Shown here piece after piece: positions 39,678 to 52,285 of a stretch of 64,000 bases of DNA. Every line of letters begins with the position of its first letter. Within the stretch, counting starts at the first letter, position 1. Source of the stretch: Gemmatimonadaceae bacterium (GTDB lineage: Bacteria > Gemmatimonadota > Gemmatimonadetes > Gemmatimonadales > Gemmatimonadaceae). The translations under genes were made by a program, and so were the position numbers. The stretch is taken from positions 158,403 through 222,402 of the forward strand of contig JBBDYC010000019.1 of the NCBI GenBank assembly GCA_040901985.1, in the 5' to 3' direction. The notes beneath the pieces were generated by a model. It saw only the letters and a program-made list of their open reading frames with translations, was not told the DNA's origin and did no database searches.

Positions 39678-41933
39678 CTAGGGGCGGGTGGGGACGGGCG
39701 TCGCCACGCCGCTGTCACCCCGCGGGAACGCTGGCACCGGCGGTGGCCGTGGCCCGAAGATCTCGCCGAAGTTCGCCGCGATCGCCACCTCGCGCGCCGT
39801 ATCGAGGATGGCGTCGGAGCTCAGCGTGTCGCCGGTGCGCGCGAGCGCCTCGGCGGTGACGATTCCCGTGCTGGCAATCAGGTAGGGGATGCCGCGCGAC
39901 GGATTGTCCACCCAGTCGCCGCGCGCGATCAGCGACGCCGGGGCCTTGAACTCCTCCCAGAGCGCCTTGGACCGCGCGGCGTCCACGAAGCCCTCGCCGG
40001 GGACCCGCACGATGTTGTCCGATTCCTGCACGGGCGAGAGCATCAGCTTGCGCGCGTGGCCCTGCGTGACCGCATAGGCCCCGAGCCCGAGGTCCTCGAC
40101 GAGGCTGCCCGAGGTGCGGCTGAAGTGGAGCGCCCGGACGTCGTTGTCGAGGATCATCCGGAGCACGAGGATGTCGGCGCGCGTGAGGTACCGGGGTTGC
40201 AGCGTGGCGCGGAGCTCGCCCTTCACGAAAAGCTGCGCCTGGTGGAGCGGCTGCCCGAGCGGGATCGAATCGGCCTCGTCCATCGTCAGACTCAGCACTG
40301 GCTTGTCCGGCCGCACCCACTCCCGGCCGCGGAACACGGCGGGCCCCCGCTCCGCGTCGTACTCCTCAATCGGCCGACGGATCAGCTGGCGCGTGTACCA
40401 CTCGGTGTTGAGGAGGGAGGTGTTGGCGATCGTGACGTCGCGACGCACGCCGAGCACGGACTGCGCGTACCAGAGCGGGAAGGTGTCGTTGTCGCCGACG
40501 GTGACGAGGATGCCGTACGGCTCCACCGAGTTGAGCATGTCAATCGCGAAGTCGGCGGTGTCGGTCTCGCCGGCGCGCGACGACGCCTGCCAGTTGCCGA
40601 TCAGCGGGACGAACGCGATCAGGAGGAGCGGCGACGCCATCAGCCAGCCGCGGTCGGTCGGGAGGTCAAACGTCTCGGCGCCGACCTTCACCCGTTCGCG
40701 GCCGAAGACGACGGCGAGCGATTCCCAGACGTAGACGAGTCCGAGCGCGGCCCAGACGCTCCACGCCGAGAAGCTCCAGAGGTAGAAGTAGTCGCGGTCG
40801 CGCACCTCGCGGTCCACGCTCGCGCCGAGTTCCGGCGCCTGCGAGGCGCCGTACTTGAAGTTCAGGTAGTAGATCAGCCCGAGCGTCAGGGTGAACATCA
40901 GCGGGCCGAAGAACGCGAAACTTCGGGGGTCGCGGCGATAATGGACCCACCCGCCGAGGAGGCCGAGGATGAGGAAGATCGCGGCGAGGCCGGCCTGCAG
41001 GCCCGGGCGCTCGAGCTTGTGGTCGCGGTGCCATTGCCACTTGAAGTAGAGCCACCACATCCCGATCTGCGCCGTGAACGGCGCCATCCGCTCGGTCACG
41101 TCCGGCTTGCCGTACTGACCGCGATTGAAATTGTACTTGAAGGCGTCGTACGTGCCCCGTGAGAAGGTGCACGAGAAGTTGAGGCCGTCGCGGCAGGCTG
41201 TCGGTTCGCCTTCGTTGATCTCCGGGAAATGCGCGGCGCGGATCGGCTGGGTGGCGAACGAGCTGCCGCCGAGGACCAGCGCCAGCGCCGCGCCGAGGAT
41301 GAGCTTCCAGCGGAGGAGTGTCTGCGGGCGGCGGAGGATGACTGCGATGCCGACCGCCGGGACCGCCAACAGTCCGGCCATATGGTTGGCGTAGCCGAGG
41401 CCGCAGAGATACGCGATCAGGACGAGGGTACGATCGGCCTTGGCGCCGTCCGGCTCGTCGCACCAGCGGACGGTGAGCCAGGCGCAGATCGCGAGGCCAG
41501 CGAGCGACACAGTGTAGACCTTCTCGTTCACCACCGACTGGCTCCAGACCGTGAACGCGGTGGCGCCGATGAGCACGGCAAGCGAGCCGCCGACCACCCG
41601 CTGCCAGCGCCGCTCGAACCAGCCGACGAGGACGCGTTCGGTGATGAGGAACCACATCCCCGCCGAGACCGCGCTCGAGATGGCGGCCAGCAGATTCACC
41701 CGCATCGCGATGTTCGGCGCGATCGGCAGCAGCGTGAAGACGCGGCCGAGCAGAACGAAGAACGGATTCCCCGGCGGATGCGGCAGGCCGAGCGTGTAGG
41801 CCGCGGCGATGTACTCGCTGGTGTCCCACATCGCCGTCTCCGGCGCGAGGGTCACGAGGTAGAGCAGGAACGTCATCCCCGCCGCGATGCCGGCAGCGAG
41901 GTAGGACGGTCGATAGTCGAGTTCAGCGGACAT
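39678..41933 (-). CDS. DUF2723 / TMEM260-like GT-C membrane glycosyltransferase
   Basis: WD..EYIA.A..LG.PHPPGNP.F, EVRDRDYFY..SF, GDNDTFPLWY.Q...G.R.DV...N.SLLNT.WY. Confidence 0.85.
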   Translation of the reverse strand: MSAELDYRPSYLAAGIAAGMTFLLYLVTLAPETAMWDTSEYIAAAYTLGLPHPPGNPFFVLLGRVFTLLPIAPNIAMRVNLLAAISSAVSAGMWFLITERVLVGWFERRWQRVVGGSLAVLIGATAFTVWSQSVVNEKVYTVSLAGLAICAWLTVRWCDEPDGAKADRTLVLIAYLCGLGYANHMAGLLAVPAVGIAVILRRPQTLLRWKLILGAALALVLGGSSFATQPIRAAHFPEINEGEPTACRDGLNFSCTFSRGTYDAFKYNFNRGQYGKPDVTERMAPFTAQIGMWWLYFKWQWHRDHKLERPGLQAGLAAIFLILGLLGGWVHYRRDPRSFAFFGPLMFTLTLGLIYYLNFKYGASQAPELGASVDREVRDRDYFYLWSFSAWSVWAALGLVYVWESLAVVFGRERVKVGAETFDLPTDRGWLMASPLLLIAFVPLIGNWQASSRAGETDTADFAIDMLNSVEPYGILVTVGDNDTFPLWYAQSVLGVRRDVTIANTSLLNTEWYTRQLIRRPIEEYDAERGPAVFRGREWVRPDKPVLSLTMDEADSIPLGQPLHQAQLFVKGELRATLQPRYLTRADILVLRMILDNDVRALHFSRTSGSLVEDLGLGAYAVTQGHARKLMLSPVQESDNIVRVPGEGFVDAARSKALWEEFKAPASLIARGDWVDNPSRGIPYLIASTGIVTAEALARTGDTLSSDAILDTAREVAIAANFGEIFGPRPPPVPAFPRGDSGVATPVPTRP

Positions 41934-42051
41934 CACGTGGACGGTTCGGGGAGCCGGAAAGCTATGCCGCAGGAGCGTGAGCCGGGAGGTGGAAGGTGGG
42001 AGTGCGCAGGCGCGCCCGGCAGTTCCCGGCGCGCCTCTCTCCCCCGCCATA

Positions 42052-43584
42052 CTAGTGCCTGAACGTCCGCTGCCCGGTGAATACCATCGCAATGCCGTGT
42101 TCGTCCGCCGCCGCAATGACCTCGTCGTCGCGCACCGATCCGCCGGGCTGGACGATCGCGCGTACCCCGGCACCAGCGGCTTGGTCCACGCCGTCGCGGA
42201 AGGGGAAGAAGGCATCGGAGCCGAGGGCGGCGCCGGCGGTGTCGTGGCCGGCCGACCGGGCCTTGTGGACGGCCATGAACGCCGCGTCCACGCGGGACAT
42301 CTGGCCGGCGCCGATGCCGATCGTGGCGCCGTCGCGCGCGAGGACGATCGCGTTCGACTTCACGCTCGCCGCGGCGCGCCAGGCGAAGACGAGGTCCTTC
42401 AACTCATCCGACGTCGGCTGGCGCTTGGTCACGGTGCGCCATCCCGAGTCGCCGAGCGCCGCCGAGGCGCGCTGCTGCAAGAGGACCCCGCCGCGCACGC
42501 CCTTGAGGTCGAGGCTCGCGCCGGTCGCCCGTGCCGAGCCCTCCAGCACCCGCAGGTTCTTCTTCGCGCCGAGGGCGGCCAGCGCCTCGGGCGAGAACGA
42601 CGGTGCGACCACGCACTCGACGAAGAGCGAGGCGACGGCCTGCGCGGTGACCTCATCCACTGGAACGCTGAAGGCGATCACCGACCCGAACGCCGAGACG
42701 GGATCGCAGGCCAGCGCCTTCTGGTAGGCCTCGAGTGGGGTTGCGCCCGTGGCGAGCCCGCACGGCGTGGTGTGCTTGATGATCGCGCAGGCGGTCTCGT
42801 CGTCGAACGGATCGATCGCCAGCATCGCGCCCTCGAGGTCGAGCAGGTTGTTGAACGAGAGCTCCTTGCCGCCGTGCTGGCGGAGCGCGCCGAGGCCGAC
42901 GCCGGCGCGCTCGACATAGAACGCCGCCTCCTGTCCCGGATTCTCGCCGTAGCGCAGTGCCTGCGCGCGCTCGAACGCGAGCGTGAGCCGCTCGGGGAAG
43001 CGGTCGCCGCGCCGGGCGGCGAACCAGCCGGCAATCGCCGCGTCGTAGGCCGCGGTATGCGCGTAGACCTTCTCGGCGAGGTCGCGCCGGAGGTCGGTGG
43101 CATCGCCGCCGTTGGCGAACGCCTCGAGGACGCGCGTGTAGTCGGCCGGGTCCACCACCACGGTGACCGAGGCGAAGTTCTTCGCCGCCGAGCGGAGCAT
43201 CGAGGGGCCGCCGATGTCAATCTGCTCGATCACCTCGTGGGCATCGAGGCCCTGCTTCGCGGCGGCTTCGCGGAAGGGATAGAGGTTGACGCAGACGAGG
43301 TCGATCGGGGCGATCCCGTGCTCGGCGATCGCCTCCATATGCGCCGGCAGGTCGCGGCGCGCGAGGAGGCCCCCGTGGACCGCCGGATGCAACGTCTTCA
43401 CCCGGCCGTCGAGCATCTCCGGGAACTTGGTGACGTCGGCCACGTCGGTGACTGCCAGCCCCGCCTCGCGCAGCGCCCTGGCGGTGCCACCGGTCGAGAG
43501 GAGCGTCCAGTCCTGCTCGCGCAGTCCGCGGGCGAAGTCCACGAGGCCGGACTTGTCTGACACCGAGAGAAGGGCAGTGGGCAT
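42052..43584 (-). CDS. purH: Bifunctional AICAR transformylase / IMP cyclohydrolase
   Basis: ALLSVSDK.G, GRVKTLHP, IDIGGP, LRYGENP.Q, SDAFFPF, QPGGS.RD, F.H end. Confidence 0.98.
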   Translation of the reverse strand: MPTALLSVSDKSGLVDFARGLREQDWTLLSTGGTARALREAGLAVTDVADVTKFPEMLDGRVKTLHPAVHGGLLARRDLPAHMEAIAEHGIAPIDLVCVNLYPFREAAAKQGLDAHEVIEQIDIGGPSMLRSAAKNFASVTVVVDPADYTRVLEAFANGGDATDLRRDLAEKVYAHTAAYDAAIAGWFAARRGDRFPERLTLAFERAQALRYGENPGQEAAFYVERAGVGLGALRQHGGKELSFNNLLDLEGAMLAIDPFDDETACAIIKHTTPCGLATGATPLEAYQKALACDPVSAFGSVIAFSVPVDEVTAQAVASLFVECVVAPSFSPEALAALGAKKNLRVLEGSARATGASLDLKGVRGGVLLQQRASAALGDSGWRTVTKRQPTSDELKDLVFAWRAAASVKSNAIVLARDGATIGIGAGQMSRVDAAFMAVHKARSAGHDTAGAALGSDAFFPFRDGVDQAAGAGVRAIVQPGGSVRDDEVIAAADEHGIAMVFTGQRTFRH

Positions 43585-43598
43585 TGGCGATCGCCGAG

Positions 43599-44264
43599 CT
43601 AGTGGGGGAAGGGCGTGCGCGAGGGCACACGATCGAAGTCGAGGGTGGACGCGCCGTGCACCTGGCCGTTCCGGCCGAGTGTCACCGTCCCCGCCGCGAC
43701 GGCAGCCACGCAGGCCGGGTAGAGCCGATGCTCGGCGCCGAGCACGCGCTCGGCCAATGTCGCCGGCGTGTCGGCCGCGTGCACGGGGACGCGGGCCTGC
43801 GCGATGATCGCGCCCTCGTCGTAGCGCTCGCTGACGAAGTGCACCGTGGCGCCGGAGACGGCGGAGCCGGCGCGCAGCACCGCCTCGTGCACGCGCGCGC
43901 CGTACATCCCCGGGCCGCCGAAGGCCGGCAGCAGCGCCGGATGGATGTTGAGGAGCCGTCCGTGGTAGGCGCGCACGACGTCGGGCGGGATGAGGCGGAG
44001 ATACCCCGCGAGGGCCACCAGCGTGATGCGATGCTCGGCGAGGAGCGCGCCCAACCCGGCGGCGTTCGAGCGCGGCAGCCAGATCGCCGTCACGCCCCAA
44101 CCGCGTGCGCGCTCGAGGGCCCCGGCCCGCTCGCGGTCGCTCACCACGAGCGCGAGCTCGGCCGGCGCGGCCGCGCCACGCGCGACGAGGTCGTCGTGGA
44201 TCGCCTGAAGATTGGTTCCGCTGCCGGAGGCGAGGACGGCGAGGCGCGCGCGCGGTCGGTGCAC
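43599..44264 (-). CDS. purN: Phosphoribosylglycinamide formyltransferase
   Basis: ASGSGTNLQA, LAGY, NIHP.LLP.FGG.GMYG, GATVHFV...YD.G. Confidence 0.96.
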   Translation of the reverse strand: MHRPRARLAVLASGSGTNLQAIHDDLVARGAAAPAELALVVSDRERAGALERARGWGVTAIWLPRSNAAGLGALLAEHRITLVALAGYLRLIPPDVVRAYHGRLLNIHPALLPAFGGPGMYGARVHEAVLRAGSAVSGATVHFVSERYDEGAIIAQARVPVHAADTPATLAERVLGAEHRLYPACVAAVAAGTVTLGRNGQVHGASTLDFDRVPSRTPFPH

Positions 44265-44273
44265 GTGGGGAAG

Positions 44274-44828
44274 TTAGCCCGCGTGCTCGCCGGCGACGAG
44301 CGCGGCCACGTCGCCGAGGGACGCCAACACCTGCGCCTCGCTGCGCGCCTGCGCAATCTCGGCGTCCGGCGTGTTGGCGTTGGGCACGAGGAACCTGCGT
44401 CCGCCGAGCGCAATCGCCGGCGCGACGTCCCGCCAGCGGTCGCCCACGAACACCGACCGCGCCAGGTCGAGATCGTGCTCTTCCGCCGCGCGACGGTGCA
44501 GCGCGGTCCCCGGCTTTCGACACTCGCAGTCGCCCGAGACGTCCGGGTGGTGCGGGCAGTGATAGGTGGCGGTGAGCTGAATCTCTTTTTCGGCGAGCAG
44601 CACGTCGAGGCGGCGTCGCACCGCCTCATAGTCGGACTCGGTCATCAGGCCACGCGCGATCCCCGACTGGTTGGTGACAACCACGAGTTCGAACCCGGCG
44701 CCCCGGAAACGGCGGAGCGCCGTCCCCACGCCGGCCAGGAGCTCGACCTTCGCCGGGTCGCTGAGGAAGTGTGCGTCGCGGACGAGCGTTCCGTCGCGAT
44801 CGAGGAAGACGGCGGGACGCTTGGTCAT
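44274..44828 (-). CDS. gmhB: D-glycero-D-manno-heptose bisphosphate phosphatase (HAD IIIA)
   Basis: FLDRDGT, TNQSGIARG, CPHHP....C.CRKP, GDR..D. Confidence 0.88.
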   Translation of the reverse strand: MTKRPAVFLDRDGTLVRDAHFLSDPAKVELLAGVGTALRRFRGAGFELVVVTNQSGIARGLMTESDYEAVRRRLDVLLAEKEIQLTATYHCPHHPDVSGDCECRKPGTALHRRAAEEHDLDLARSVFVGDRWRDVAPAIALGGRRFLVPNANTPDAEIAQARSEAQVLASLGDVAALVAGEHAG

Positions 44829-46020
44829 CGGGGTCGCCCTGACGGTGGAGGGACCGAGTCCGTGGGGGGCGGTCGCGCGGCGGCCGAATCTGGCTTCGGT
44901 GGCGGCGGTTCGCGCACGCGGAACTCGCGCTCGGTGTCGCGCACGACGCCGTTCAGTCCGCGCACGCCGAGGATGCGGAGGCGATACAGACCCGGCGCAA
45001 GCGCCGTGTCGAGCGGCACGACCCACTGTTGGACCGGAAGCGCGCGCCCGAAGACCGGTGGCGGCACGAGGGTCGTGTCCGCCTGGGTGGTGTCCGCCTG
45101 GGTGGTGACGGCGCGAACGGTGTCGGCCTGCGCCGCCGGGAGCATCGTGCCGGTCGCGATTGGCAGGGAATCGGCGCCGACCAGCGACACCGCGCCGGCG
45201 GCCACCCAGTCGGCGGCGACGGCGCGATCGAAGCGCACCCGCAGCGCCGTCGAATCGCGCGGCACGACCTGGTCCAGCCGCGGCGAGAGCGTGTCGTGCA
45301 CAAAGGCGTAGAGCTCCACGGCGCCACGGTCGGTGATTGCCAGCGTCGCACGGTCAAACGCCTCGCGCGGATCGAGCAGGCGATTGCCGTTGGCGTCGAG
45401 CCAGGCGCGCACCACAAAGCTGCCCGGCGCGAGGTCGCGTACGACGAAGCGCCCGGTGGTGTCGGCGCTGGCCACCCAGCGGAGGGCGGTGTCCGTCTCG
45501 GCGAAGACCTCCACGCGCGCCCGCGACGCGGCGCGGCCGGCGGCCCAGTCGAAGACGACGCCCTCGATTGCCCCCGTCGGGATCTCGGCGCCGGTCGAGA
45601 AGACGAACTCGGACGGCGTGTCGAGCACGTTGCCGCGGAGGTCGGTGACCCCAGGGAGGAGCGTCACTCGGTAGGCGGTGTTCGGGCGGAAGCCCCGGCG
45701 CGGTTCCACCGCGATTGCCGTGCGCCGCCAGGTCACGCGCTCGCGGCCGTCGGTCGGCGACAGCTGGATGAGCGCCTCGAGGCCGGCGCCCGCCGGCGCG
45801 CCCGGCACACTCCGTGGCCGCTCGCTGATCACCTCGTCGAAGTGGATCACGATGGCCTTGGCGGTGACCCTGGTCGCGTTGGAGTCGGGCGTGACGCGCC
45901 GAATCGCTGGCGCGGCGGAGTCGGGCGGCCCGCCGGGCGGCATCGCCGGCGCCGCGCACGCGGTTGCCAGCGCGACGAGCGCCGGAACGAGTTGCACGCG
46001 CGCGCGCATCCGCACCGCCA

Positions 46021-46021
<1 letters not shown>
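44825..46021 (-). CDS. Ig-like (Big_5) domain lipoprotein
   Basis: Lipobox ATAC followed by P.GGP.D...P, FDE, NT.Y......V.D.RGN, FSTG. Confidence 0.8.
45075..45107. repeat. 15-bp tandem duplication encoding TTQADTTQADT
   Basis: GTGTCCGCCTGGGTG x2 + GTG. Confidence 0.85.
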
Positions 46022-48780
<2,759 letters not shown>

Positions 48781-48812
48781 CCGGGAAAGCTAGCCACGCC
48801 TCACGGTGCCGC

Positions 48813-49475
48813 CTACCGGCGATCGCGGACGCGGATCCGTTGGCGGACGGCGGTGACGCCGGGCACACCGCCGGCGATGGTCACGGCGTGCGACACCTCT
48901 CGCGCGGTGAGGACCTGGCCGTGGAGGAAGACGGCCCCCTGGGTGTCGGCGTCAATCTCGACCGCCCGCTTGGAGAGGATCGGGTCGTTGAGGAAGGCCT
49001 CGAGGACCCGGGTGCCAATCACGTCGTCGGAGGCGTCCTCGTCGGCGTCCTCGGCTTCGTCCTCACCTTCCTCCTCCTCCTCCTCGTCCTCGTCGTCGTC
49101 TTCTTCTTCTTCTTCGTCCGCTTCATCGAGGTCCTCGTCGAGGTCCTCGTCCAACTCCTCGTCGCCGTCGTCCGCGAACTCGCCGAACTCGTCGGCTTCG
49201 TCGTATTCGTCCTCGGCGAGGGCGAGCGCCTCGGCGCGCCGCTCGGCCCAACGCTCGCGGAGTTCGAGCGCCAGCTCGATCAACGGGACCCATTGACCGG
49301 CGGCGACCTTGGCGACGGAACGCGCGCGCCGCCACAGCGTGTGCGCACTGGCGCGCCGACCGCTCAGGCGCTCGGACACGAGGATTCCCGCGCCAAGGCC
49401 GACGGCCGTTCCGGCAAGGGTCCAGAGGACCCAGTGGCTCCGCGTGGACTTTTCCTCGATCTCGACGATGCGCAT
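48813..49475 (-). CDS. BON-domain protein with N-terminal TM and a long acidic linker
   Basis: TM 14-32; 64-aa D/E tract; C-terminal G.V.L.G.V...A..IA..VPGV..V BON motif. Confidence 0.78.
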   Translation of the reverse strand: MRIVEIEEKSTRSHWVLWTLAGTAVGLGAGILVSERLSGRRASAHTLWRRARSVAKVAAGQWVPLIELALELRERWAERRAEALALAEDEYDEADEFGEFADDGDEELDEDLDEDLDEADEEEEEDDDEDEEEEEEGEDEAEDADEDASDDVIGTRVLEAFLNDPILSKRAVEIDADTQGAVFLHGQVLTAREVSHAVTIAGGVPGVTAVRQRIRVRDRR

Positions 49476-49617
49476 CGTGCAGGTCCCGTTGAGCGAGCGC
49501 TTGGCGAGGGCATCCGCCCCCGGCTACCTTGAAGGGTGACCACGTGCGCGCCGTGCGGCAAGCGTGGCGCCGCCGACACGCATCGGCGCCTCTCCGACTT
49601 CGCCCGCCCACCCGCTG

Positions 49618-49779
49618 ATGCCCTCGTCGCCATCGGACCGACCCGCCGCCTCCGGCCGTAGCTCCTGGCGGGCACTCCTGCTCTGGGGGGGCTTCGTGGT
49701 CGTGCTGCTCGGAGGGGTTGCGCTCGCCGCTCGCCACGGGGCGACCGCGCCGACGCTGCTCGAGACGGTGGTCCGATGA
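49618..49779 (+). CDS. Small single-TM protein coupled to thrS
   Basis: MPSSPSDRPAASGRSSWRALLLWGGFVVVLLGGVALAAR...; stop overlaps the thrS start (ATGA). Confidence 0.5.
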   Translation: MPSSPSDRPAASGRSSWRALLLWGGFVVVLLGGVALAARHGATAPTLLETVVR

Positions 49780-51731
49780 GCGCGGCTGCCGCGCCCCTGG
49801 TCCTCACGCTGCCCGATGGCGCGACGCGCGAGGTGCCGGTCGGCACGCCGGCGCGCGAGGTCGTGGCGAGCATCGGCCCCCGCCTCCTCCTTGCGGCGAT
49901 CGCCGTCGCCGTGGACGGAGAGATCCTGGACCTGATGACACCGCTGCGCCGGGGCGGGGCATTCGAGGTCCTCACCGAGAAGGATCCGCGGGCGCTGGCG
50001 GTGCTGCGCCACTCGGGCGCCCACGTCCTCGCCACCGCGGTGCGTCGCCTGCGGCCCGACGCGAAGATCGGATTCGGGCCGGCGATTGACGACGGCTTTT
50101 ACTACGACTTCGAGGTCGCCACGCCGTTCACGCCGGAAGACCTTGAGGCGTTCGAGGCGGAGATGCGGAAAGTGGTGGCGGAGAAGTTCCCGTTCGTGCG
50201 CGCCGAGGTGTCCCAGGCGGAGGCCAAGGCGGTCTTCGCTGACGATCCGCTCAAGCTCGAGCGGCTCGCCGACTTCGAAGGGTCCGACGAGGTGATCTCG
50301 ACCTACACCGACGGGCCGTTCACCGACCTCTGCAAGGGGCCGCACGTCCCCGACACGTCGTACGTCAAGCACTTTAAGCTGCTCCAGGCGGCGGGGGCCT
50401 ATTGGCGCGGCGACGTGCGCCGCCAGATGCTGCAGCGGATCTACGCGACCGCGTTCTTCCGGAAGGACGAGCTGGACGCGCACCTCCACCGGCTGGAGGA
50501 ATCCAGGAAGCGCGATCATCGTGTGCTCGGCCGACAGCTCGACCTCTTCCAGTTCTTCCCGGTGGCGCCGGGCGCGGCGTTCTGGAGTCCCCGGGGCACG
50601 CAGCTCTGGAATGCGCTCGAGGGCTTCATCCGCGAGCGGCAGCAGGAGGCGTTCCGGGAGGTCAGGACGCCGCTCCTCTACACCAAGGCGCTCTGGGAAC
50701 AGTCGGGGCACTGGGGCAAGTACCGGGAGAACATGTTCCTCGTCCTCGACAACGAAACGGGCGGGCACGACATGTCGCTCAAGCCGATGAACTGCCCGTC
50801 GCATCACCTGTACTTCGCGGCGACCAAGCACTCGTATCGCGAGCTGCCGGTGCGCTACGCCACGTTCGACGTGCTGCACCGCAACGAGGTGTCGGGCGCG
50901 CTCTCGGGCCTCACGCGCGTGCGCCAGTTCTCGCAGGACGACTGCCACATCTACCTGCGCGAGGACCAGATCGCCGAGGAGGTCCGGTTCCTGATGGACT
51001 TCATCCTCGCCTACTACGACACCTTCGGCCTGACCTCGCGCCTCAAGTTCGCCACGCGGCCGCCGCAGCGGATCGGCACCGACGCGATGTGGGACCGCGC
51101 TGAGGCGGCGCTGCGCGCGGCGCTCGAGACCACCGGCCGGCCATACGAGCTCAAGGAGGGGGACGGCGCCTTCTATGGCCCCAAGATTGACTTCGACGTG
51201 ACCGATTCGATCGGCCGCGCCTGGCAGCTCGGCACCATCCAACTCGACTACAACGCCCCCGAACGGTTTGACCTCGCCTACACGGGAGAGGACAACACCG
51301 CGCACCGCCCGGTGGTCATCCACCGGGCCGTGAACGGGTCGTTCGAACGCTTCATCGCCATCCTGATCGAGCATTTCGCCGGCGCCTTCCCGGTCTGGCT
51401 TTCACCCGAGCAGGTCCGCGTCCTCCCGATCTCCGACGACGTCGCGGGGTACGCCCACGAGGTGACGGCGAAACTCCGGGGCGCCGGCGTCCGTGCTGTC
51501 TGTGACGACCGCAGCGACACGCTCAACTACCGGATCCGGGACGGAGAGGTCATGAAGGTTCCCTATATGGCGGTACTTGGGAAGCGGGAGGCGGAGGCGG
51601 GGCAGGTGGCCGTCCGTGTCCGCGGCGCCGGGAAGAAGCAGGATGTCATTGGTGTGGATGCCTTCATTGCCCGGGTCAGCGAGGAGATCCGCACGCGGGC
51701 GCTGACGCCCAGCGTTGGCGGCGACGCCTGA
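49776..51731 (+). CDS. thrS: Threonine--tRNA ligase
   Basis: TGS domain, RHS.AH, DLC.GPH, KPMNCP.H, GAFYGPKID, IHRA..GS.ERF. Confidence 0.98.
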   Translation: MSAAAAPLVLTLPDGATREVPVGTPAREVVASIGPRLLLAAIAVAVDGEILDLMTPLRRGGAFEVLTEKDPRALAVLRHSGAHVLATAVRRLRPDAKIGFGPAIDDGFYYDFEVATPFTPEDLEAFEAEMRKVVAEKFPFVRAEVSQAEAKAVFADDPLKLERLADFEGSDEVISTYTDGPFTDLCKGPHVPDTSYVKHFKLLQAAGAYWRGDVRRQMLQRIYATAFFRKDELDAHLHRLEESRKRDHRVLGRQLDLFQFFPVAPGAAFWSPRGTQLWNALEGFIRERQQEAFREVRTPLLYTKALWEQSGHWGKYRENMFLVLDNETGGHDMSLKPMNCPSHHLYFAATKHSYRELPVRYATFDVLHRNEVSGALSGLTRVRQFSQDDCHIYLREDQIAEEVRFLMDFILAYYDTFGLTSRLKFATRPPQRIGTDAMWDRAEAALRAALETTGRPYELKEGDGAFYGPKIDFDVTDSIGRAWQLGTIQLDYNAPERFDLAYTGEDNTAHRPVVIHRAVNGSFERFIAILIEHFAGAFPVWLSPEQVRVLPISDDVAGYAHEVTAKLRGAGVRAVCDDRSDTLNYRIRDGEVMKVPYMAVLGKREAEAGQVAVRVRGAGKKQDVIGVDAFIARVSEEIRTRALTPSVGGDA

Positions 51732-52267
51732 TGCGCGCCGCTCTGCGAGCACTCAGGCGCGCCGGGTTGAGCACGGTGATGGCGGTGGCGGCGGCGCTGG
51801 CCGCGTTGCTCCCGGCGGGCCTCGCCGCCCAGGAACAGCGTCCGCCGCTCAACGCCGGTCGCGTGGCTGCCGAAGTCGTCGTGGGAGCGTACGCGGGGAT
51901 CGGCGGCTTCGTCATCGGGCGATTCGTCGGCGAAGGCCTCAGCGATGCCATCGGGGTCGGCGCCGAGGATACCCGCCGCAACGTCGGCCGGGCGACCGGC
52001 TTCGTGGTGGCTGGCTTGGCGACGGCCGGGACCGTCTATGGAATCGGCAATATCGGCGACGAGACCGGGGACTTCGACGTCACCGCGCTCGGCACGGGGG
52101 TCGGATTCATTGCGGCGCTGGCCATCGCCCGCGTCGCGCTGGGTCCGAACGTCGGCACCGACCGCAAGATGGGCGCCAAGGGGCGCTGGCTCACCATCAA
52201 CGCCCTCGCACTGCTTCCCGCCGTCGGCGCCACCGTCGGCTTCAACTCCTCGCGTCGCATCCGTTAG
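51731..52267 (+). CDS. Hypothetical Gly-rich membrane protein
   Basis: Signal-like N-terminus and four Gly-rich hydrophobic segments; start overlaps the thrS stop. Confidence 0.6.
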   Translation: MRAALRALRRAGLSTVMAVAAALAALLPAGLAAQEQRPPLNAGRVAAEVVVGAYAGIGGFVIGRFVGEGLSDAIGVGAEDTRRNVGRATGFVVAGLATAGTVYGIGNIGDETGDFDVTALGTGVGFIAALAIARVALGPNVGTDRKMGAKGRWLTINALALLPAVGATVGFNSSRRIR

Positions 52268-52285
52268 CCCAAGGATTCCTTCCCA

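Noticed and set aside
42052..44523. 823-aa extended PurH or PurN-PurH fusion
   Set aside because: The extension is an Arg/Gly-rich off-frame reading across purN; PurH homology begins at ATG 43584.
49476..49775. T-box leader for thrS or valS
   Set aside because: No T-box consensus or terminator/antiterminator seen; valS has only a 32-nt upstream gap.
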